DNA of 64,000 nucleotides, taken from the NCBI RefSeq assembly GCF_035084215.1, contig NW_027138892.1, positions 62,001 to 126,000 of the forward strand, written 5' to 3'. The translations under genes and the position numbers were made by a program. A model generated the notes under the pieces. That model made no database searches. It was given only the letters and a program-made list of their open reading frames with translations, and was not told where the DNA came from. Shown one piece after another: positions 37,263 through 53,046 of this stretch (its first letter is position 1; each line of letters opens with the position of its first letter). The stretch is from Heptranchias perlo. Taxonomy: Eukaryota.

Positions 37263-40116
37263 CTAGTTAAACTGGGTTTGCTTGTGTTTCCTGTTCAGGA
37301 ACAAGGCAATCCAAGAAGCAGAGATCAGAGAGACAGCGCTCACAGTCAGGGCCAAGATCAGGACCACCTCAGACGCCACACCGATAAAAGCAACAAGAAA
37401 CCAATGGTTAGTGAAGGAAATACTGAGGGGAAAATGGAAACTAGCAGTCGGCCAACTCACCACCTGGAGACCTCTCCTGCATCCTTTGCTCAACATCATT
37501 AAGGGGCTCAGTTGCCAGGTCTGTCACATGAGGATCCAGAATGACCAAGGGTCCAAGTGAGGCCTCACCCTCCCACTTCAACTCAGCATCACTCTCTGCA
37601 ATATCAAACATTCCAGTTAGAGAGTAAAGGGTGACCTCCAACAATCAAGAGGATCAATGTCCTACCAGGTCCAAATACAAGATCCCTCCTTCCTCTGGAA
37701 TCAACGAGGAAATCCCTTGTGGCACTGCAGTTGCCCAGATGACAACAGGCACACACGTCATTGGTCGATTCTTCCAATGGGGTCCAGCTCAACCAGAGAA
37801 TCAGTTTATCAACCAGGTTGTCCATCACCCTTTAATCAACACATCCCTGAACGAGAGAGGGAACTTACATATTCTGGAAAGTACAAGCCTTGTTCATGGA
37901 ATCTCTCCGATCCACTCCAGCAACTTTCAGGTGACAGGTGATGAAAATCTGAGGGACACATTCAATACAAGTTGTTATTTAGTGACCTCCTCCCAACATG
38001 GGGAACCCAATGTTTGGCTTCTTCTTACCAAGGAACGGTCATCTCCAAAGAAGCGGAACGCATCCAGGCCAAACTGGAGTTTGTCCAGCTCACGTTCACC
38101 TCTTGGCAACACAAAGGTTGAAAAGGAGTCCTCAGCTTTGCTGTCCAGGAGGCAACTGAAGAAAGATTTAAAAAGGGACAAAGTGAATTAAGTGAACCCA
38201 TTGAGACAGAACCAGCTGGAGAAAGCAGAGAGCTCCTTACCCATGGTAGTCAATGATGTTGTATCTTGGGGTGGAATCCTTGTCTGGGCTCAATGTAGCT
38301 GCACAGCTGTCAATGTAGAGCTTCAAGGGCATGTGGTTGGTCATTGAAACAGAGGCCTCAATGTGAATGAGGTCACCCAGGTAGTAGACAGTCAAGGTGC
38401 GCTCTGTAAGCCAGTCATCTGAAGTACAAGAGGAAAATGGTTGGAGACAGTGGGTGTAACTCCCAGTGGGAGACGACAGAAATGCACTCCCAATCCACCC
38501 ATCACATACCGTTCATAAGACGCAGTGAGAATGACAGAAGCCCTTCTCCAGACTTGGTCGAGCTGAATGGGATCCAGGTGGGCTTGATAGGGTCACTGCT
38601 CACATTGCCCTTCCTGGAAGGACAGGCGTGTAATTTCAGGACAACTTCAGAGAACTGCACCTGCTGTAGACCTTATTTGCAATAGAGTAAAGATACTTAC
38701 CTAAAATAGTGGCACTCAATGGGAATGACTGCTCCATTAGTTCTCACAATGACAGATCCACGAGCATTTGGGGTGTGGTTCAGGTGGGTGGTGTCGACCA
38801 GGAAATCGCCAGCCATCTGAAAGACATCAGGTTAAGGAATGAAGAGCTGGTCTCATTGGACAAAAGCTATTTCTGGTCATTTTCCTACCCTGTTAAGCAG
38901 CAGTTTAAGGGGTTTCAGCTGCTCCTCAATGACACATGATTGAAGTAGCTCCACCATTGGTTGAAGTTGCCTGGAGCAGCCTCTGTTGCTCTGCTCAGTC
39001 CACCTTCTGTTTCAGGGGACTTCAGGCCTGCAGTCAGAAACCCCTGAAATGATTGGCACTGCCAGATTTGATGAGCATTCTTTCCCATATAGATTAGAGC
39101 TTTCACCTTAAGGGGCTCAAGTTACCCCTGATATGGAGCACAAAACACAACATCACTTTTAAATCTCATCTGTGTCCGTGGAATCAATGGTATTGGCAGG
39201 TGCAACAACCAAAAGTGGAGTTCCCCTTTAATACACTGTATCCCAAATATTATTCCACTTGTTTCATCTTTCAAGGGAAGTCTCAACAGGAACTTCCACA
39301 CTGAACATTCATTGACCACAATTTGAGGCAACAGGCCTGAATATCCACAAGAAGGAACGGAAAAGATAAATCAATTGAGGCACAAAAGAACAGAGTGGTT
39401 TGGAGAAATGCAGGTGAAGGTTCAAGGTCAATAGAATTGAATCTCAGAGTTAGAGAGCAGCAATGACCCATTTAAGAAAGATGCAGTCCCTCAGTGACAA
39501 GTCGAAGTTCTTTTTAAATATAAAGCGAAGATTGACATGTCAAGATAAAGAAGTAGTTTCACACAGGGTGATACTTCACAGTGGGCAAAAATTTATACAC
39601 ATATTTCATTCAGGGATCTCCTCAGTGGCTGGAGTTTCCCCCGATGTTAATGAGTTCAGAGTGGGCAGTAATCTACACAGTGAAATTGGAGCAAGAGTTG
39701 AGGAATCACATTACCTGCAATCTGCTGCCACATTCATGGAGCCCATAGTCAAAGAGGACAGTGTGGTTCTGAGAGTAGATCCCAGTTGGCCGACAACCTG
39801 CTGTCCCCAGGGTCAGGTCAGCAGCTTTAATCAGGTGCCTGGTTCTAAATAAATCCATGTCTACCCTCACCAGCAGGTTCTGCTCTCCACACTGCACCAT
39901 CACAGTCTGCAGTGGAGACAGACTTCTCCCCTCAGACACACTGAAATGGGAACCAAAGGGAGGGACAGGGAGAGGGACTCTCTGGGGCACAGGGGTGGGT
40001 TTTACTCTTCTCCATGGAAATCTCTGGCCTACAAACTGTTGCCAAATATCAGAGCAACAAACCGCTCCAACTAACACCAGCACCGGGAACAAACCTCTCA
40101 CTACAAAATCCCCCAT
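37263..40116 (-). CDS. zp3: Zona pellucida sperm-binding protein 3-like (ZPC), 9 exons: 40116-39715, 38816-38701, 38613-38510, 38418-38241, 38155-38029, 37948-37869, 37787-37666, 37595-37461, ~37381-37263
   Basis: Signal peptide MGDFVVRGLFPVLVLVGAVCC; ZP-N/ZP-C motifs (LHECGS, IPIECHY, IKPTWIPF, FSLRLM, YYLGD, IFITCHLK, NKACTF, CACC); furin site RGRR; TM exon; phases consistent, introns GT-AG except the last acceptor (CG); polyA signal 37244-37249. Confidence 0.92.
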
Positions 40117-40160
40117 GATACCAAACAACTCAACTATCACTTTACCCATCAACCAGCACC

Positions 40161-40467
40161 TTTTTTTTTTTCTTTTTTTTTTTCTGGCCCCCCTTTTATA
40201 AAAAGGGGGGGGGGCGGGTGTTGGGTGTGCTTAAGTACTAAAAACCAAATAAAACGAAACCAGGCATCAAATTAAAATTTTATTTTCCTCGTCCAGGATG
40301 CACTCCAGCACCTGCGGTGCCCACCGGTCGCGGAAAGCCTCAAGCGTACCGGCAGACACCGCGTGCTCCATCTCCAGGGCCACCCGGGCGCGGAGCAACC
40401 CGCGAAAGAGAGGCAGACAGGCCGAGCGACCGCCCCCACGGACCGCGAGCATCCTGGACCTGTGGAT
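40161..40467 (-). mobile_element. Tx1 family A short 3' copy abutting the ZP3 5'UTR
   Basis: ORF2 C-terminus, terminal hairpin with TATAAAA, poly(A) ending 44 nt upstream of the ZP3 ATG. Confidence 0.9.
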
Positions 40468-40495
40468 ATCCAGGATGCACTCCAGTTTCGTCTAG

Positions 40496-42308
40496 TTTTC
40501 TGGTGGGTCAGTGGCGGGTGGACTCCCTGCCGGAGGAGCTCAGGCCTTTCGCCTGGAGTACCACGCACCTCCGGTACCTGGGAGTCTACCTCGGCCCTGC
40601 CGAGGAAGCCTGGCCGGCGAACTGGGAAGAGCTGGAGGCCAAGGTCGCCGCTCGCCTGGCGCGCTGGACAGGACTGCTCCGAGTGTTATCCTACAGGGGT
40701 CGAGTGCTGGTCATAAACCCGCTGGAGGCAGCCATGTTGTGGTACAGATTGGTCACTTTGACCCCACCCCCCGAGTTTGTCACCAAGATTCAGAGGAAGT
40801 TCGTCGACTTCTTCTGGGCCAGAGGGATACACTGGGTCGCTGCCGCGGTCCTGAGTCTCCCGCTTAGGGAGGGCGGTCAGGGGCTGGTGTGCGTCCGCAC
40901 CCAGGTGGCAACTTTCCGCCTTCGGACGCTGCGGCGATACCTGTACGTTGAGCGTCCTCTTAGATGGCGTGCGCTGGCGACGTATTTTTTCCGCCAGCTG
41001 CACGGCCTGAACTACGACACGCAGCTCCTGTTCGTCTCGCTGGTGGGGGGCCGCACGTCTTTGCAGGAGCTGCCTGTCTTTTACCAGGATCTGCTCAGGG
41101 TCTGGAACATGGTCGCCTCCGGTCGGAGCTCTCGCCCGTCAGGGGTAGCGGCCGTCCTGCAGGAGCCGCTGCTCGGGAATCCGTTCCTCCGCGATATCGG
41201 CTTCGGCCACTCGCGGCTGTCGGTGCGGAGGGCCGTGGCCGGTCGGGTGACCAGAGTCAGGGACGTCCTGGATGGCGGTGGGTCGGGTTGGTTGGAGCCG
41301 TGGGCGCTCGCCGCACGGATGTCCTCGTGGCGTGCCGGGGACGCGGCCATCGCCATCCGGGCGTTGAAATCGGCGCTCGGCCCTGACTCCACTCGGGATG
41401 TGGAGGCGGCTCAGGCGTGCGGAGCCATCCCGTCCGACCTGACCCCCGTTCGGACGGAGTTCCTCCTCGGCGCCAAACCCCAGAACCTCCCTCGGGGGGC
41501 CGCGCCTCACAACTTGAGTCGTCTCTCGGAAATTCCCTCCGTGCCGTTTCACACCGCGCGGAGGGATTTCCTGTACGGGCTGCTCCTGCACACCATCCAC
41601 TTCCTCGCCCTCGTCTCTCGGCCGGACACGCCCTGGCGTGCCATCCTGCCGTCCGGCGGAGACGGGGGTCCCCATTGGGAGGCTCTCTATACAGGGGTCC
41701 TCCCGTGTTACTTTGGGGATCTGGGGTGGAGGGTGGCGCACGGAGCAGTCGCGTGCAACCGGCGGTTACGCCATTTCACGGACACCCAGGCCGCTTGTGA
41801 TTTCTGCGGCCTGGAGGAGTCCGTGTTCCATCTGTACACTGGGTGTGCGAGACTGCAGCCCCTGTTCCATTATTTGGAGGGGCTGCTCCTCAAGTTCTGG
41901 CTGCACTTCAGTCCCACGCTCCTGATCTTTGGCCGCCCGGTGAGGAGGGGGGCGGGCAGGTCGGTGGACGTTCTCGTGGGCCTGCTCCTGGGCCTGTCCA
42001 AGGTGGCCATCCACAGGTCCAGGATGATCGTGGTCCGTGGGGGCGGTCGCTCGGACTGTCTGCCTCTCTTCCGCGGGTTGCTCCGCGCCCGGGTGGCCCT
42101 GGAGATGGAGCACGCGGTGTCTGCCGGTACGCTCGAGGCTTTCCGCGGCCGGTGGGCACCGCAGGGGCTGGAGTGCATCCTGGACGAGGATAATAAAATT
42201 TTAATTTGAACACTTGGTTTTGGTTTATTTGGTTTTTTAGTATTTAAGCACACCCCACACCCCCCCTTCTTATAAAAGGGGGGCCTAATAAAAAAAAAAG
42301 AAAAAAAG
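40496..42308 (+). mobile_element. Tx1 family A, 5'-truncated ORF2 (open frame to 42209)
   Basis: LRYLGVYL, LSYRGRVLVIN, EGGQGL, CDFCGLEESVFHL zinc knuckle; hairpin and poly(A) at ~42255-42308. Confidence 0.93.
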
Positions 42309-42309
42309 A

Positions 42310-42870
42310 GTTGATCAGGAAAATTAAAATTCTTCTTTGACTCTGGTTATTGATTTGTATTAAAAATAAAGTTGTCATCCTAAACCTACCCCCAGCCAAA
42401 GGGGCTTAAATAAAATCAAAAGCAAAAGAAATATCTAAATAAACCCGTTTAGGAGACACTGGGTTTGCCCTCGTGTCATCAACCCAAAATAAAGGATATC
42501 TAACAAAGGGGCACAACTAATAAACACCAAAATCAAACAAAAGACAAAGAAAACTTAGCAAATTAACTCATAATATTATTGGCAGTGTCTACCATACACT
42601 CCAGTCCCTGCTGTGCCCATCGGTCGTGGAAGGCCTCAAGTGTACCTGCAGACAACGCGTGCTCCTTCTCCAGGGCCACCCAGGCATTGAGAAAGCCGCG
42701 GCAGAGAGGTACGCAGCCAGAGCGACAGCCCCCATGGGCCATATCCAACCTGGACCCGTGGCTGGTCACCTTGGCCAGGCCCAGGAGCAGACTCATGAGG
42801 AGGTCCTCCGACTTGCCTCCCCCACTCCGCACCGGGCAGCTAAAGATCAGGAGCGCAGGACTGAAGTGCA
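42310..42870 (-). mobile_element. Older, diverged Tx1 family A-related 3' fragment
   Basis: HFSPALLIF..LLLGLAKV..EHALSAGTLEAFHDRWAQQGLEC. Confidence 0.8.
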
Positions 42871-43193
42871 AAATTCAATTAACTGTGATGCTGAGACAAT
42901 ATTCAAAGCAATCAAGTAGCCTTGAGTGAATTTGCAAACCAACCATTGGACAGAGAAATGGAAAACCCATCCCATGGATGGTGGGAATCGCCCCCAGTTC
43001 TAATATAGAGAATGGGTGTGTCTGAGGATTGGCAGCATGGGGGCATCAACTGGGCAAAGCATTGTGGGATGTGTCATTTTTAGTTTTGATTCTCATGAAA
43101 TGTTGTTTGGTAAAATTCAGGACATTCAGCGAGAATGAGAGGGAGTGAAGATTACTGAATGCAATGTCACCCACACAAACATCTCCATTTGTG

Positions 43194-44465
43194 TCAGCTG
43201 TGGCTCAGTGGCAGCACTCTCACCTCAGAGTCAGAAGGTTGTGGGTTCAAGTCCCACTCCAGGGACTGGAGCACAAAGTCTAGACTGATACTTCAGTGCA
43301 ACACTGAGGGAGTGCTGCACTGTCAGACATAAAAACATAAGAAATAGGAGCAGGAGTAGGCCATATGGCCCCTCGAGCCTGTTGCGCCATTCAATCAGAT
43401 CATGGCTGATCATCGACCTCAAATCCACTTTCCTGCCCAATACCCATATCCCTTGATTTCCCCTTGAGTTCAAACATCTATCTGTCTCAGCCTTGAACAT
43501 ACTCAACAACTCAGCTTCCATGGCCCTCTGGGGTAGAGAATTCCAAAGATTCACAACTCTCTGAGTGAAGAAATTCCTCCTTGTCTCACTCTGAACGGCC
43601 GACCCCTTATACTGCGACTATGCCCCCTAGTTCTAGACTCTCCAACCAGGGAAAACAATCTCTCAGGCCTGTCAAGCCCCCACAGAACCTTATATGTTTC
43701 AATGAGATCATCTCTCATTCTTCCAAACTCTGGAGAGTTTGGGCCCATTCTACTCAACCTCTCCTCAGAGGACAACCCTCTCATCACAGGAAATAATTGA
43801 GTGAACCTTCACCTCGAAGGCAAGTATATCCTTCCTTAGATAAGGAGACCAAAACTGTACGTAGTCCTCCAGGTGAGGTCTCACCAAAGCCCTGTATAAC
43901 TGTAGTAAGACTTCCTTAGTCTTGCACTCCAACCCCCTTGCAATAAAGGCCAACATGCCATTTGCTTTCCAAATTGCTTGCTGTACCTGCATGCTAACTT
44001 TTTGTATTTCTTTGTACGAGGACACCCAACATTTCTCTGAACACCAACATTTACTAGTTTCTCACCATTTAAAAAATATTCTGTTTCTCTATTCTTCCTA
44101 CCAAAGTGAATAACCTCATATTTCCCAACATCAGATGTGCCATCTTTCAGATGAGACATTATAATGAGGCCCTCTCTGCTCTCTCAGTTGGCTGTAAAAG
44201 ATCCCATGGCACTAATTTGAGGAAGAGCAGGGGAATTCTCTCCAGTGGCCAATATTTATCCCTCAACCTACATCACTAAAGCAGATTATCTGGTCATTAT
44301 CACATTGCTGTTTGTGGAACCTTGCTGTGCACAATTTGGCTGCCCCGTTCCCAACATTACAACAGTGACTCGACTTCAAAAGTACTTCATTGGCTGTGAA
44401 GCACTTTGGGGCGTCCTGAGGTTGTTAAAGGTGCTATAGAAATGGGAGTCTTTCTTTCTTTCTAT
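43194..44465 (+). mobile_element. tRNA-derived SINE (Deu-domain/SacSINE-like) split by a CR1 LINE (~43328-44130, -)
   Basis: Head tggctcagtgg..ggttcaagtccc; body gtaaaagatcccatggcact..gaagagcagggga resumes after the CR1; L2-like tail. CR1 shows RPHLEDYVQFWSP. Confidence 0.75.
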
Positions 44466-46041
44466 TTTCTCCATCGTGTTCCTTTTATGATCAGCGTTCA
44501 ATGAGGCTAAAGAATATTTAAATCTGATTGAAATGAGACTCTGATGTTCTCCAACAGTCTGGCTCATCACATTGGTGTTTCTCTGAGATCCAAAGTCTTG
44601 ACAGCTGGTTTCATTGCAAAATGGTTGAGGTTTTCAGTCCTGGATTATGTGATGAGATATATTGCCTTGGAATAAAACTTTTTTTTTTAGATGGGCTGGA
44701 GGGGATGGAAGTGATTCACAGCTGGAGCCACCAATCATTGTACAAACACTAGTCTTTTGGGAGATGCAACCCATGAGCATCGTTGACCCACATGAACTGG
44801 AAATATAGCTGGTATTTATACCTGTATTGGCCAGAAAGGATCCAAGATGTAGCGAATGACCTGCAGTCATGCAGAGCTTCGACCAAATGGATGGACACCA
44901 CAAGTTCATCCTCAACAGCCAGGCAGGTGCACACCAGAGACTTCAATTAAGTCCTTTGATTCCTGGCTCTGCGAGTACTTGATTTATGCTTTGCACAGGA
45001 CCTTTAAATTATGTATGGAATACTTGTAGGGAGTCTACCTACAAAGAAGCAGAGCTCTGCCTCGTTGTAGGCAGACTGTAGGAAACATCAGTCGGGCACG
45101 GGGTGATTATTAACCTAATAGTCTGTATGGTGTGAACAGTTAACCAGTGTTAGCCCAGTTGAAATCTGTGGAGGGAATACTTGCAGCTGATGCACATGGA
45201 AGTTCAGCACATTAAAGACTGGTTTGTCTGAACAATGAAGCCATCAAACCCACCAGCAAATCCAACCCAACTCGGTTGCTGCTCAGCAACATATGAAATG
45301 TTTAATATGACATCATATACTTACAACGTATACAGACAGTTAAAAAGGTTTTTTTGGGTTCACAAAACTGCAATCCTCTACTACATTCTTAACTTCAGTT
45401 GTAAATTCTGGATAATTACAGCTATTGCATCCAGAGTCTTTGAATCCACTCCTAAGTGTGAAGGAGACAAAGGGAGAGCTGGTAGGATTTGGAAAGGATG
45501 ATAGATTTATGGAGGAGCGATTGTATTGACTTTATGAATTGATGGATGAGTGGTGTGGAACAACAAAAAAGTTACAATATCTAATATTTTGTTACATCAA
45601 AGACAACACACAACACCAGTGACAACAGTAACTTCTATTACAGCATTGCTCTTTACTTCTGCTTTCAACACAATCATTCAAATGCATGAATGAAATTTGC
45701 ATTCAAGGTTTACACAGAATTGAAATTTGACCTTCAACACGTGGCCCTGAACATCTAATTCTTCAGAATTACTCCAAAAGGGAAGAAAAACAACTCAGAA
45801 ATGAACCCGACACTGGAGCTGTTAAATGTCATTAATCTGAAAAAGCTACTACTCAATTTAAGAGACAAAACCCAGTGCAATGTTAGAAACAGTTTATTTC
45901 CAGTTAATGACAATTACACATCAAGAGTCCAGATCTCACCTCTTTGTAGAAAGTCAAAAGCTATCAATCCTACAGGATGGGGGTCTGACTAGACTATAAA
46001 CAGGAGTACTAAACACAATAGGCTTTATCCCTGCAGTCAGT

Positions 46042-47940
<1,899 letters not shown>

Positions 47941-48000
47941 TCTAACTGTCTAAGAAGGTATTTTAACTAGCTGAACCAGGCTAACGTCTTCCCAAACTCT

Positions 48001-48235
48001 TTTTTTTTCTTTTTTTTCTTTTTCCTATTAGGCCCCCCTTTTATAAGAGGGGGGTGTGGGGTGTGCTTAAATACTAAAAACCCAAACAAACCAAAACCAA
48101 GTGTTCAAATTAAAACTTTATTATCCTCGTCCAGGATGCACTCCAGCCCCTGCGGTGCCCCCCGGTCGCGGAAAGCCTCGAGCGTACCGGCAGACACCGC
48201 GTGCTCCATCTCCAGGGCCACCCGGGCGCAGAGCA
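48001..48235 (-). mobile_element. Tx1 family A 3' copy inserted in the ferritin core promoter
   Basis: TSD ttcccaaactct at 47989-48000 and 48236-48247; poly(A) and hairpin. Confidence 0.92.
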
Positions 48236-48249
48236 TTCCCAAACTCTTC

Positions 48250-48400
48250 TATTTATATGTCTGGGGACAGCCTGCCTGTAATACAAGGCGTGGCATTCCC
48301 GATGATGAGTAAAAACTCACACTAGCCATTCAGAGCTCTACGCCCACTGAGGACACCAATCAAGAAAGAGGCGTAGTCGAGATTGTATTTAAGGCCAATC
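48250..48400 (-). promoter_or_regulatory. Displaced native ferritin promoter (TATAAATA 48257-48250; CCAAT ~48356, ~48394)
   Basis: Similar to the promoter of the intact ferritin at 55680-55790 (tataaata..gag.tttggg). Confidence 0.7.
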
Positions 48401-48590
48401 AGAACATTTTTTTTTCAATTAAGTAGATTTGTTTTGAATCAGGTTGACTTTTTTTGTATGTTTCGATCCCCTTTTATGAGATTGAGGGAGGGACGTTCAG
48501 GATGTAACTTTATTTTTTTTTTAAAAATCCAAAAACTAAATGATAACAGAGTCAAATAATAATTTTAATTTTTTTTTATGGGCAGTCAGC

Positions 48591-49170
48591 TTTTTTTTGT
48601 GTGTTTTAGGCCCCCCTTTTATAAGAAGGGGGGGTTAGGGTGTGTTCATGTGCAGTAAATCCAAAAAAAAAATAAGTGTCAAATTATAATTTTATTATCT
48701 CGGTCCAGGATGCACTCCAATCCCTGCGGTGCCCATCCGTCGCGGAAAGCCTCAAACGTACCGGCAGACACCGCGTGCTCCCTCTCCAGGGCCATCGCGG
48801 TGCGAAGAATGCTGCGGAAGAGAGGCAGACGGTCGGAGCGACCGTCCCCATGGGCCGGGTCGAGCCTGGACCTGTAGATGACCACTTTGGACAGGCCTAG
48901 GGCCAGACCCATGAGAATGTCCTCCGACTTGCCTGCGCCCCCCCCCCCCAAACTCCCCACTCCCCTCAACAGGTGGCCAAAGATCAGGAGCGTGGGACTG
49001 AAGTCCTCGTGGGTCTGGTCCTGGGCCTGTCCAAGGTGGCCATCTACAGGTCCAGGCTCGACATGGCCTATGGGGGGGCGGTCGCTCCGACTGTCTGTCT
49101 CTCTTCCGCAGCATTCTCCGTGCCCGGGTGGCCCTGGAGAAGGAGCACGGAGTGTCTGCCGTTATGTTTG
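48591..49170. mobile_element. Head-to-head pair of Tx1 family A-related 3' fragments (48591-49003 -, 49004-49170 +)
   Basis: Both translate to LGLSKV.IYRSRLD..; the minus copy ends in hairpin plus poly(A). Confidence 0.85.
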
Positions 49171-49987
49171 AGACCGGGGACTGGAGTGGATAGTTGATTA
49201 CGACAGTGACATTTTGGTTTAATTCGGTTTCATTGCTATGATTGGGTGTGCCACAAGAAAAAATTCTTACAGCACTTGAATAGGTTTTCGGGGTTCCTGA
49301 CACTGGGGCTCAAAGACCCATTAGAAAAAAAGAGAAACTCAGTGTCTCCTTCTTGTTCAATTAAAAGAGTAACATTGAGACAATGGCACCGAGGGACTGG
49401 ATAGCATGCTCGTAGTGGAAGGAATATTTTTTATTGAAGAGAGTGACTCAGGCTGACTGAAGCACAGGGACATGGACACACAGGCTGCAGACTGCACAGT
49501 GTTACAAGGGGACATGGGAATGGGTGGGATTCTGGGGAATGGGGGAGATGGGGAGAAAAGAACAGAACAAATGAGGAGCAGGGGGAGAAATCATTAGAAA
49601 GAGAGGTTAAAAAACAGACAGGTCACAGAATAAAAAGAAACAGCAGGTTAAAATGAAGTGAAGAAACTTATGAAGTAGAACAAGAGAAGTGATTGAATGA
49701 AAGGAGGATCCTGAAGATATTGGGTTTTTGTGTGTTTTTCCTTTTTTTTTGGTGTTTTTCGGCCCCCCCCACTTTTTTCAGGGGGTGGGGTTACGGTTTT
49801 TTTCCGTTCGTGTGATGAGAAAGCAGCTATTTGATTGGCTGCCAAACATTTATCATCAGTGATGTCACATCCTGTAGTTAAAGATGGGTTGGGTCTGAAA
49901 GAATAAATATAGCAGCTTAGGTTTGAGGTCCTTATGTTCATATTGTTTATAGTCAGTTGCTGGTCTATTTAAAAAAAAGTAGTTTGG

Positions 49988-53046
<3,059 letters not shown>

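Noticed and set aside
40317-42209. 630-aa ORF (and mirror 61143..63035) as a novel host gene
   Set aside because: The first ~60 aa come from the antisense of the adjacent inverted Tx1 fragment; the rest is 5'-truncated Tx1 ORF2 lacking endonuclease and RT catalytic core.
42255-42290. Terminal hairpin as histone stem-loop or rho-independent terminator
   Set aside because: Does not match the 6-bp stem/4-nt loop histone consensus; eukaryotic LINE 3' end followed by poly(A).
44760-44930. Possible Gypsy integrase remnant (YLYWPERIQDVANDLQSC)
   Set aside because: Similarity too short and weak to support without a search.
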